The translations under genes and the position numbers were made by a program. 64,000 nt of DNA, from the IMG/VR virus record IMGVR_UViG_3300033067_001661, positions 96,001 to 160,000 of that record. One strand, given 5' to 3'. The notes under the pieces were generated by a model. It was not told where the DNA came from. It saw only the letters and a program-made list of their open reading frames with translations, and ran no database searches. Below, in pieces: positions 17,919 to 26,690 of this stretch (position 1 is its first letter; each line of letters begins with the position of its first letter). Source of the stretch: a virus (lineage: Duplodnaviria > Heunggongvirae > Uroviricota > Caudoviricetes).

Positions 17919-19309
17919 TACCTATCTACGCCACCGGCGTCTTCTGTTACATCCCTATCTTCAAACAACTCTTCGCTGACAGGCTTCTCTTCGACCTTTG
18001 TAACAACCTCTCCGAAGAAGTCCTGGTCTTGAACAAAATACTTGTCGTCGAAGCCAAGGAATCGCTCCCAAATCAAATCATACTTCAATGGGTCTGGACC
18101 GTAAGCAATACCAAGCACTCTAAGAAGAACGCTTGCATAACCAGAACCTCGACCGCAACCAGTAAGGATAGACTTGTTAGTAGCCTCTTGAATGTAATCT
18201 CGAACAATAAGGAAGTAAGTTGCAAAATCGTATTTGTTATTCTCCCATGCAACTCTAACATCTTCAAGCTCTCTCTTGAGCCTTTCCTTATGAGGCTCGC
18301 TACGATCCCATCCAAGTTTCTTCATACCTTCCCATGCAATATGAGAAAGATAATCAAACGGAGAGGCAAAGCCTTCTGGAATCTTGTACCTAGGCAACCT
18401 CATGCCAGAAGTCATGTTCTCAAAAATATCCTTAGCATCTATCTTATCAGCAACCATGACTGTATTGAGAAGAAACTCTGGATGAGATCCAAACATTACA
18501 GACATCTCAAGAGCAGACTTGAGATAGAATTCATGGTACGGAAAATGCAATCTCTTTGGATCGTTAAGACAACGACTCGTACTCATGCACATGAGTATTT
18601 CTTGTGAAGAACCATGCTCTTTCTTACAATAGTGACAGTCATTTGTGGCAATGATTGGAACATTCATTTCATTGCCAAGCTTTATGATATCAGGAATAAT
18701 TGCCGCTTCCGCTTCAATTCCATGATACATAACCTCTAGATGGAAGTCTTCCTTGAAAATATCCTTGAAAAGAGCAACAGACTTCTTAGCCTGGTCATAA
18801 CGGTCATGAAGCAAGTTAGCGTTGATAACGCTGCTAAGACAAGCTGAATTACAAATCAAACCTTCGCTATGTTCAGCCAAAAGGTTGATATCAATTCTTG
18901 GGTCAATATAAACCCCTTCGGTCCATGACTTTTGAGATAAAGAGCAAAGGTTCTGCCAACCTTTCCAGTTCTTTGCAATAAGAACCAAGTGGCGATTACC
19001 TTTTCTTCCGTCAGGTTGACCCTTCACAATCTTATTGCCGTCTTTCTTTTCACCTCTCAAGTGACGGTCTTTAGACAAGTAGAATTCGCAACCAATAATA
19101 GGCTTTATACCCTCTTTATTGCATTCTTGAGTAAACTTGACCGCTCCGCCCATATTGCCGTGGTCAGTCAACGCTAAGGCCTTAAACCCCATTTCCTTAG
19201 CAGCCTTAGGAAATTGAGATATCTTATTCAAGCCGTCAAAAGACGAATACTCGGAATGATTGTGCAAATGCACAAAATCGCTATTGCTTATGATTTTTGC
19301 CATAGTCAT
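17915..19309 (-). CDS. dnaE: DNA polymerase III alpha (DnaE), N-terminal half (PHP domain plus palm segment to WERFL)
   Basis: FVHLHNHSEYSSFDG, ALTDHG, PIIGCE, HLVLIAKN, SACL, TNDCHY, YLKS, GRGSG, DPLKYDLIWERFL, then an acidic tail and a stop. Confidence 0.93.
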   Translation of the reverse strand: MTMAKIISNSDFVHLHNHSEYSSFDGLNKISQFPKAAKEMGFKALALTDHGNMGGAVKFTQECNKEGIKPIIGCEFYLSKDRHLRGEKKDGNKIVKGQPDGRKGNRHLVLIAKNWKGWQNLCSLSQKSWTEGVYIDPRIDINLLAEHSEGLICNSACLSSVINANLLHDRYDQAKKSVALFKDIFKEDFHLEVMYHGIEAEAAIIPDIIKLGNEMNVPIIATNDCHYCKKEHGSSQEILMCMSTSRCLNDPKRLHFPYHEFYLKSALEMSVMFGSHPEFLLNTVMVADKIDAKDIFENMTSGMRLPRYKIPEGFASPFDYLSHIAWEGMKKLGWDRSEPHKERLKRELEDVRVAWENNKYDFATYFLIVRDYIQEATNKSILTGCGRGSGYASVLLRVLGIAYGPDPLKYDLIWERFLGFDDKYFVQDQDFFGEVVTKVEEKPVSEELFEDRDVTEDAGGVDRY

Positions 19310-19346
19310 GTATCGACGCTACAGGACTCGGATTTAGAGTAAAACA

Positions 19347-19625
19347 CTAACCATGTTTCTTGGGGTCAAATCGCTCTCGAATGCCCTTTTCTTTATCATG
19401 AATCCACTTAGGTCGTGTTTTCCTAATATGATCACGAACATCCGAGCATCTGTCCCAAGCTGGTTTGCCGTCTCTAATGGCTGGCGCGCAAATAGCCCTA
19501 CGGATTGGCTTGCCGCTTTCAGGATCAACAGTAAGAGCGTCGTCTTTCATGCTTTGAAAGATCTCAATAGTCTCACCTGTTGGCTCGCCCTCTTTACTCA
19601 GTATCTGGTATATGTAGGTTGGAAT
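19347..19625 (-). CDS. FmdB-family putative regulatory protein (Cys-less variant), probable AUU start
   Basis: (I/M)PTYIYQ...EIFQSMKDDALTVDPESGKPIRRAICAPAI. AAGGAG at 19638-19633 lies 7 nt before ATT at 19625. An alternative ATG at 19652 has no RBS. Confidence 0.7.
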   Translation of the reverse strand: MPTYIYQILSKEGEPTGETIEIFQSMKDDALTVDPESGKPIRRAICAPAIRDGKPAWDRCSDVRDHIRKTRPKWIHDKEKGIRERFDPKKHG

Positions 19626-19674
19626 TTTTGATCTCCTTGAAGGAATTTTCATGCCGCATAACTAATATAAATGT

Positions 19675-20445
19675 ATGAAAAAGATAATCATATCAAAGCG
19701 TGAATTAGAAAAAACGATAAATAGTAGTAACTCTAGAAAAGAAATTTTAGACAAACTTCAAATATCTCAATCTACATTTTACAGCATATGCTCTTCATAT
19801 AAAATATCGGCAATAAAACCTAAATTTAACGAAAACTATTTCGAGAATATAGATTCAGAAAGAAAAGCTTATTGGCTTGGTTTTATTTTTGCAGATGGAT
19901 GTGTTTCGGAAATAAAGGGTTGTTCAAAATTCTTGTCCATTTGCCTATCAAGAAAAGACAGAGAACATCTTGAACTATTTAGTAAAGATATAAAATCTTC
20001 TATCAAAATACATGATTATCATAATAAGCACGATTTTTCTTATATTCGTTTGTATTCAGATAAGATAAGTAATGATTTAATCAAACTTGGATGCACTCCG
20101 AGAAAATCACTAACACTCCAATACCCAATCCTAAATAAGAATATGGATAGACACTTTATAAGAGGATATTTCGACGGAGATGGATGCGTTTCACATCATA
20201 ATAATGGAGCAAGGGGAGGGCCAAGATTATCTATTATAGGAAGTGAAATATTTTTAGATGAAATGCAAAACAAATTACATGAACATTTAGGAATAAAAAA
20301 GAGACCAAAACTATTTAGATCAGGAAGTGCCTACAAATATGATAGTACCGCATACAGTTCTGTAAAAACAATAATGGATTGGCTATACAAAGATTCCAAT
20401 GTCTTCCTGAGCAGAAAAAGAAATTCTTATTTATCTGCTATTTAA
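19675..20445 (+). mobile_element. Free-standing two-motif LAGLIDADG homing endonuclease
   Basis: AYWLGFIFADGCV and RHFIRGYFDGDGCV, plus FNENYFENIDS, GCTPRKSL and FLSRK. AT-rich, opposite strand. Confidence 0.9.
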
Positions 20446-20678
20446 TTTACGTTGGCATTGTCTTTACTATGTCCTGCGCATTGAACAACAATGGATGTTA
20501 CAAAGTTCTTTTTGTATACCTTCCATTCAACCTGTCTTCCAAAGACAGTTATCTTTACAGGCTCAATGGGATTAGAACAATCCACTGTTTCGCAATCATT
20601 GCATAAAGGGGAAACAACTCCAAGAGGCCCAACAGGAAGCCTTTCAAGAGGAACAAGTTTGCACTTATACTGGCTCAC
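20442..20678 (-). CDS. Small Cys-rich hypothetical protein
   Basis: CxC, CNDCETVDC and QC; overlaps its neighbours. Confidence 0.55.
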   Translation of the reverse strand: MSQYKCKLVPLERLPVGPLGVVSPLCNDCETVDCSNPIEPVKITVFGRQVEWKVYKKNFVTSIVVQCAGHSKDNANVN

Positions 20679-21283
20679 TCGTCGTCATCTCTCTTCTTAA
20701 TCTTCTTCGCTGAGGTTTGCGCTCTCTTAAGAGCAGCTTGTCTTTCTTGCAAGATATTTTTTGCTTCTTCTTCAGGAAGATCGGTTTGCTCAGCCGCTGC
20801 TGACAAAGATACTGTTGGAGTAGCACCATCAATTGCATTTTGAATCTCATGCAACCTTGCTTGTTCTTGACGAATCTGTTCTCTGACTGCCTCAGGATAC
20901 TCAGATAAATCGTCTCCACCGTCTTGCTCTAAGTCAACAATAGTTGGTCCGCTAGACGAAGTTTTAGGCTTAGATATTGGTCTTGAAGAAACCAATCTTG
21001 GCTTAGGTAATGAAGAAGGTTTTTGGGAGACAGTCTTCTGTACCGGCAAAGAAGCCGAAACAGTTCGCCTACCCTCAAGAACCCCTTGAGCAATCAAGAA
21101 CTCAGTTATCTCGGCAAACATTCCGACAGGGAAGCTAATAGCAATTTCCCCATTTTCGTCCAGAACGCCAATAGACATACCGCAATCAGCGGACTCATAA
21201 AGTCTTAGCCAAATGGAGAAAACAGCATCTCCATTAACGTATTCGTATTCGAAATCTATCTTCTTATTTGACTTGATTGCCAT
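20675..21283 (-). CDS. Hypothetical protein
   Basis: 202-aa ORF in the operon. Confidence 0.65.
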   Translation of the reverse strand: MAIKSNKKIDFEYEYVNGDAVFSIWLRLYESADCGMSIGVLDENGEIAISFPVGMFAEITEFLIAQGVLEGRRTVSASLPVQKTVSQKPSSLPKPRLVSSRPISKPKTSSSGPTIVDLEQDGGDDLSEYPEAVREQIRQEQARLHEIQNAIDGATPTVSLSAAAEQTDLPEEEAKNILQERQAALKRAQTSAKKIKKRDDDE

Positions 21284-21479
21284 TGCTATCTCCTAAAATC
21301 TTCTTCCTTAAAAACTGCCTTATCTGCTGTTGTTGCTGCGTCAATCGCTTCTTCATTTCCTTGTATATAGGGGCTGGAACTTCATTTTGTATAAACGTTC
21401 CGCATTTAGAGCATACCGTTCCATATACATTCGATCTTGCCCCCAAACTTGAAAAACAATGAGGACAAACAAAACTCAT
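21264..21479 (-). CDS. Small zinc-ribbon protein
   Basis: CPHC...CSKC. Confidence 0.6.
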   Translation of the reverse strand: MSFVCPHCFSSLGARSNVYGTVCSKCGTFIQNEVPAPIYKEMKKRLTQQQQQIRQFLRKKILGDSNGNQVK

Positions 21480-21958
21480 TGCTCATCCTCGTCTAAAACA
21501 ATATCGTCATTTTCGTCTTCGTCATCGTCTTTGCTAAATAGTATCTCTTTCCTATAGCCATACTTTTTGTCAAGATATTCTGAATCAACAATGTAAGTTT
21601 CCCATTCTGACTTCCAGAAAGCCGGCCATGAATCAACAACATGAGGCAATGGCTCAGGAGTTTTCCAGCCAAACTCATTACACCAATAAGTCAAACTCTT
21701 TATATCCGCATTATGAGCGTCTTTACTTGACGGAAGATATTCAGCTACATAAACCTTGCCTGTATTGTAAAAATGACAAATGAGAATCGCAAAACCAAAA
21801 GGACTCATAACAGTAACCTTTGAGCGGACCATCCACTCACCCTTATGGCTTGCAACACCAGACTCCTCAGCATCAGCAGCCATGATTTTACAAACCTTAT
21901 CATAGTTGCCATTTGCCTCAAGCAATGTTACATCTGAAAATTGAATCTCAAATTCCAT
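21476..21958 (-). CDS. Hypothetical protein with acidic tail
   Basis: 160-aa ORF abutting the MTase gene. Confidence 0.6.
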   Translation of the reverse strand: MEFEIQFSDVTLLEANGNYDKVCKIMAADAEESGVASHKGEWMVRSKVTVMSPFGFAILICHFYNTGKVYVAEYLPSSKDAHNADIKSLTYWCNEFGWKTPEPLPHVVDSWPAFWKSEWETYIVDSEYLDKKYGYRKEILFSKDDDEDENDDIVLDEDEQ

Positions 21959-22807
21959 TTAACTAATCCTGTTTTCCTCAACAGTATTTACTGTCTTTTT
22001 ATTTTCCTCAATTCTCTTGGATCTTGGAATATAATCGTCAAATATATTAGAAACGGCAGATATCCTTTGTCTTGCGTAATTAACATCGGATTCAGAATTA
22101 TCTATACCAATGTAATTTCTGCCAAGAACTTTAGCCATCAAACCTGTAGTGCCAGTTCCCATAAACGGATCAACAACTGTATTCCCTCTGTAAGAAAATA
22201 GCTTAATGACCCTTCTTGCTAACTCTTCAGGGAATGGCGCTGGATGACCATTTAGATTCTGAGTTTCTGGTTGAATAAACCATGTTGAAAAAGTCCAGTT
22301 TTGGAACTCTTCATTTGTCATATCAGAAAGCTCAGGGTCTCCTTCGAGTTTCCAACTACCCTTAGACCAAACCATAATATACTCATGATTTCGTCTAATA
22401 GCAGGATTAGAGCAAGACATATAAGAACCAAAAGCAGTTGCCCTGCCTGACCAGTTCTGCTTATACCAGCAAATTTCGGTTCTATATTTAAGACCTACCT
22501 CTCTACCTACATTGATAAGGTCACCCGCGATAGGTCTCATATATTCGTCGTCGTCTTGCCTATTTCTAACAGAATCAATATTGATTACAAGTCGGCCTCC
22601 GTCAACAAGTATTCTCTTGCATTCAATAAATATCTTCTTTAGCCAATCAACATATACCTTATATGGATCGTCGTCATTACGATTACGATACCCTTCAAGC
22701 TGAATATTATAAGGCGGAGAAGATAAAACAAGATGAACACTCTCGTCAGGTATCTTTTTGAGACCGTCCAAAACATCGTCCAAAATAATTGTGTTCAACA
22801 AGCTCAT
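21959..22807 (-). CDS. Beta-class N4/N6 DNA methyltransferase
   Basis: SVHLVLSSPPYN, HPAPFPEEL, VVDPFMGTGTT. Confidence 0.92.
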   Translation of the reverse strand: MSLLNTIILDDVLDGLKKIPDESVHLVLSSPPYNIQLEGYRNRNDDDPYKVYVDWLKKIFIECKRILVDGGRLVINIDSVRNRQDDDEYMRPIAGDLINVGREVGLKYRTEICWYKQNWSGRATAFGSYMSCSNPAIRRNHEYIMVWSKGSWKLEGDPELSDMTNEEFQNWTFSTWFIQPETQNLNGHPAPFPEELARRVIKLFSYRGNTVVDPFMGTGTTGLMAKVLGRNYIGIDNSESDVNYARQRISAVSNIFDDYIPRSKRIEENKKTVNTVEENRIS

Positions 22808-22809
22808 GA

Positions 22810-23568
22810 TTACTCCGAGAATATATCTTTTACTACATCTAGTCTTTGCTTTGCTAAAGCAATCGCTTTAGGGTTCTTATCGCTTCCAACAGGGAATCTT
22901 TTAGCCGCTAACGCTGCTTCTAAAAAACTACCGCTACCGCAAAATGGGTCCAAAACTCTATCCCCAGGATTGCTCCATATAGTAACTACTCTCTCCATGA
23001 GTTTAAGAGGCTTTTGAGTGGCATACCCGTTCTTTTCCGGTTCGTTCCTGCATATTGCAGGAATATCAACCCACCAATCCTCAAGAAGCTTACCTCTCTG
23101 TTCATAATGTTCCCAAGGAATTTTTTCTTTCGACCAAGCAGCAGCCCCTCCGACATTCATCTTGGTTTTATATGGAACCCTGGGTTGGTTAAATACATAC
23201 TCTCCGAGTCCATACCATAGGATCGTATGATGCTTCCTAGGGAGCCATCTCTTAGCGCTTGCAGGATTACTAAAGCCCCATATAATTTCGTTCCTGAAGC
23301 TATCCCTTCCAAAAATCTTATCCATTGAAACTTTGACATAATGTATCGCCTTGTAATCCATATGAACTACAATATTCGAATCTTTCTTCATGAGCTTTTT
23401 GATGGCGCTTAGCCTATCAGCCATATAAGAAACAAACTCGTCAAAAGACGAACCAACTCCATAGTATTCATCTTCAGATTCACAACTATAAGGCGGATCT
23501 AGATACACTAAATCAACAGGCTCCGTTACCAGCCCAAGACAGTCAGTATTATGAAGTTCATATTTCAT
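22810..23568 (-). CDS. Beta-class N6-adenine DNA methyltransferase
   Basis: VDLVYLDPPY, FRNEIIW, YATQKP, VLDPFCGSGS. Confidence 0.92.
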   Translation of the reverse strand: MKYELHNTDCLGLVTEPVDLVYLDPPYSCESEDEYYGVGSSFDEFVSYMADRLSAIKKLMKKDSNIVVHMDYKAIHYVKVSMDKIFGRDSFRNEIIWGFSNPASAKRWLPRKHHTILWYGLGEYVFNQPRVPYKTKMNVGGAAAWSKEKIPWEHYEQRGKLLEDWWVDIPAICRNEPEKNGYATQKPLKLMERVVTIWSNPGDRVLDPFCGSGSFLEAALAAKRFPVGSDKNPKAIALAKQRLDVVKDIFSE

Positions 23569-24193
23569 TCTTCTTGGGGCCTCTAAGTCTGTCTATCTCT
23601 TCTTGTTTCTTTTCAGCCATGTAAATCTCATACCTTGATTTTGTTCTCGCAGGAAGAGCCTTTACAAGCTTCTCTAGATCGTCTACTCTTTCAACAAGAA
23701 TATAGGAATCCACAACCTTGTAGACCTTTTCCGCTATTTCTAGGTCTTGGGCATTGAAACCAACCTTTGACAGGAAGTTGTACATATGATTACTGACAAA
23801 TAGATCGGCAGCAATAATTGATTCTGTTTTATCAGTTTTACCTCCGCTTTCTGAGTATATAACAAGTTCTCTAACAATAGAGTCAACAATATCGTCTAGA
23901 CTTATATTTAATCCTGACGATAACTTTTCTATGCTTTCTCTAAGAGTTATCTGCTCATAAGCAGAAACCAACTGTATGATATTACCAGCGCTTTTACATC
24001 CAAAGCAGTAATAGTCCTGTCCATTTGGCTTGTCAAATACGAAGAACGAGGGCGTGTTATCATTGGCATGCGTAGGCAGAGGGCAGCGATACTTATACCT
24101 CTCAGCGTCATGACTTTGCCATTGTATACCCTTAAGAGCAAGATAATCAGTTATCTTGACTGATTTTGAAATTGTATCAAGTATCGCATTCAT
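23558..24193 (-). CDS. Stand-alone primase CHC2 zinc-binding domain protein
   Basis: CPLPTHANDNTPSF...YYCFGCKSAGNII; no TOPRIM domain. Confidence 0.88.
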   Translation of the reverse strand: MNAILDTISKSVKITDYLALKGIQWQSHDAERYKYRCPLPTHANDNTPSFFVFDKPNGQDYYCFGCKSAGNIIQLVSAYEQITLRESIEKLSSGLNISLDDIVDSIVRELVIYSESGGKTDKTESIIAADLFVSNHMYNFLSKVGFNAQDLEIAEKVYKVVDSYILVERVDDLEKLVKALPARTKSRYEIYMAEKKQEEIDRLRGPKKNEI

Positions 24194-24194
24194 A

Positions 24195-25814
24195 TTAACT
24201 AAAATCCAAATTTGCTACACTATTCAAAACACCCTTTGTTGCGCTCTTTGCGGGATTCTTTACTTCGCCCCTACTGAGCATGGGTTGAGGCGCTTCTGGC
24301 TCAAAGGAAAGGTCAAGGTCAGGATTCTTGATTACAGCATCTTCCGCTTTCTTAATCAAACCTGAAGCCTCTGGATCTCCAAAGTCAAACGTAGCCTCAA
24401 CAGTTGAATAGATCTTGCCAATATGGGGATTAACTTCAAGATCCGCCTTTGATTTGTCTTTGTATTGGCCGAACATCGTTGAACCGTAACGAGACTTTAC
24501 GCATACAAGATAAAGCTTCTCTTTTGGCCTATCAGGATGAGGAAACTGAACAAAAATATTATCAGCGTCTGCTGAGAAATCATGGGAGCCTCTAAGAGCG
24601 TCTGAGCCAACAGTTTGCTTACCGTCCTTTTGATTGCGAAGAGACTTGATAGCCTCTCGATTCAACTGTACAGCAGACAAAACAGAGAAACCCATCTTCC
24701 TACCAAGCTGCCTGAGGTCTTTGCACATCTGACCATACCAGCTATGCTCGGCAAGTCTCTGATACCAAGGCTCAGGGCTAAGAATGGAAATGTAGTCAAT
24801 TACAACAAGTCTTGGCCTAAAGAAATGCTTGCGCTTCTCAAGTTCCGCTCTAATCTTCGATACGGTCATTCTCTCTTGAGCGTCAAGAATAGCAAACTTA
24901 GAACTTATCTTCTTGAACTCTTCATTAGCCTTCTTGAGCCTTTCCTTTTCTGGCGGCGAAAGAAGACTAGGCTTGCCAATTTTCTCAGAATGAACATTGG
25001 CCTCTCTAGCCATAATTCTCTGCATCAATCTGGCTTTAGGCATTTCAAGCGAAACATAAAGAACATCTTCCTGAGAATCTCTACAGACATTTAACGCAAT
25101 ATTGATCATTGTTGCGGACTTAAATCCGCCAACGTCAGCAACAATAAGAGTAAGCGCGCCGATATCCAAGCCCATCGGCATTGTCTCGTCAAAAGGCTTT
25201 ATTCCAGTTTGCAGAACCTTCTTTGGATTCGTTATCTCGTTCTCTAATTCCGCATACCAATCGTCTCCGTATTCAGCAACGGTATCCCAAGAGGCAGTCT
25301 TGCCATCAATTGAGTTCGAGGTTAGTATGGTAAGCTCTTCTGTAAGAGAAGAAAGCGAACCCATCCAATCTTGACCTTTGTTGTCGCTAAACTTCTCTAT
25401 AAGCTTGACAGACTTTTGACGAATGAAGCTTTCTCTAACTCTCCTGCACATAAGAGGAAAGTCAGCCGAATCAGTCTTCTCAAAATTCTTTATGCCAGTA
25501 TATATGTCCTTTTCATTACCAACTGCAATTTTTTGACTCGAAACCTCGCTGCCAGTCCACTTATTGTAATCACCGTTTGCAACAGATTTCGATATAAAAT
25601 CGCTGTAATACTCTTCAGTAAACGCTTGAGAGTCTTGATAAGATTGTTCTATGCCTCTAACAAAGGGTCTGTATTTCGTGTCAAAGTATTCAGTACCAAT
25701 TTGTTCAGATAGAAAATCAGGTATAAACTCTTGTTTATTAACCACTATGTTGAGTAATTTTTGCTGAGCTTCTGCGTCTATAATCATCCTTGTCCCCCAA
25801 CCTTTATCAGCCAT
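24195..25814 (-). CDS. dnaB: DnaB-like replicative helicase
   Basis: TGIKPFD, ADVGGFKS (Walker A), VSLEMP, VVIDYI, AVQLNR, LRGS...DAD, KSRYG. Confidence 0.9.
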   Translation of the reverse strand: MADKGWGTRMIIDAEAQQKLLNIVVNKQEFIPDFLSEQIGTEYFDTKYRPFVRGIEQSYQDSQAFTEEYYSDFISKSVANGDYNKWTGSEVSSQKIAVGNEKDIYTGIKNFEKTDSADFPLMCRRVRESFIRQKSVKLIEKFSDNKGQDWMGSLSSLTEELTILTSNSIDGKTASWDTVAEYGDDWYAELENEITNPKKVLQTGIKPFDETMPMGLDIGALTLIVADVGGFKSATMINIALNVCRDSQEDVLYVSLEMPKARLMQRIMAREANVHSEKIGKPSLLSPPEKERLKKANEEFKKISSKFAILDAQERMTVSKIRAELEKRKHFFRPRLVVIDYISILSPEPWYQRLAEHSWYGQMCKDLRQLGRKMGFSVLSAVQLNREAIKSLRNQKDGKQTVGSDALRGSHDFSADADNIFVQFPHPDRPKEKLYLVCVKSRYGSTMFGQYKDKSKADLEVNPHIGKIYSTVEATFDFGDPEASGLIKKAEDAVIKNPDLDLSFEPEAPQPMLSRGEVKNPAKSATKGVLNSVANLDFS

Positions 25815-26644
25815 GTATTATTCGCAGAAATGATTTTCTGAAATGCATAACCCATGAACTTGCTATAGTCCTGGGACTCAACATCAAAATCGCAAATCAG
25901 AATGGTTGGTAACTTATTCTCAAGTCTTGTTATCAAGAAACTTTCGAATAAAGCAACAAAGGACTGATAGTTGAAATCAAGCTCATTCGCAGGCAAAGTT
26001 ATATCGTCGATAACAAGCCAATCGCATTCTTTCAAATCATTGGCTTTATCTGTCTTTTGCTTTAGATCTTGCTTGAGGGTATGAAACGATACCATCGAAT
26101 ATGTATCTGCTCGATTAGAAGCGTAAAGCCTTCTCCATATAGCTTCTTTTATGATAAGGCTTGCAATGAGCGTCTTACCAGCAGGTAAGGAACGAGAAGA
26201 AGCCCCAAGCTTCAAACGAATAGCGTCTCCGTGAATAACGACATTATCGCCGTCATTAAAACGGGTATCCATCTTAGAAGCTTTATTCATAGCCTCTCTG
26301 GTTGAGAGCCTAGCTATTTCTTCACCGTCAAACAGATACTTACGAAGATCGTTTTGTATCCTAACTCGGTCCTCGTTACTCCAAACGGATTGAAGGTTCT
26401 TGTTTTTATCAACAACCATTCCGGTTAGATTTTGGATGCTTAATTCTCTGTATTGCTCGGGTATCGTATACTCAATATTGCCTTTGATTTCTGCGAGTTT
26501 TCTACAAAGACAACCGTTAGGTCTACTACACTGGTCCGCTCCGATATAGTTCTTGCAAAAAGAAGGATTACCATTTGAATCTTCCCCTGCGGTTTGATAC
26601 AAATAGAACCTGTACTTGCGTATGATTGCAGTTAAATCAGACAT
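25784..26644 (-). CDS. DnaC/IstB-like AAA+ helicase loader
   Basis: N-terminal Cys cluster, IPEQY, AGKTLIAS, DWLVIDD, RLENKLPTI; adjacent to dnaB. Confidence 0.7.
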   Translation of the reverse strand: MSDLTAIIRKYRFYLYQTAGEDSNGNPSFCKNYIGADQCSRPNGCLCRKLAEIKGNIEYTIPEQYRELSIQNLTGMVVDKNKNLQSVWSNEDRVRIQNDLRKYLFDGEEIARLSTREAMNKASKMDTRFNDGDNVVIHGDAIRLKLGASSRSLPAGKTLIASLIIKEAIWRRLYASNRADTYSMVSFHTLKQDLKQKTDKANDLKECDWLVIDDITLPANELDFNYQSFVALFESFLITRLENKLPTILICDFDVESQDYSKFMGYAFQKIISANNTWLIKVGGQG

Positions 26645-26690
26645 ATGTTATTCTCGACAAAAGCAACCTAGCGATTGCAGGAAATCACAA

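Noticed and set aside
14576-19309. Split-intein trans-splicing of DnaE
   Set aside because: No Cys/Ser-initiated Hint block follows the N-half, and no His-Asn plus nucleophile junction precedes PDID in the C-half.
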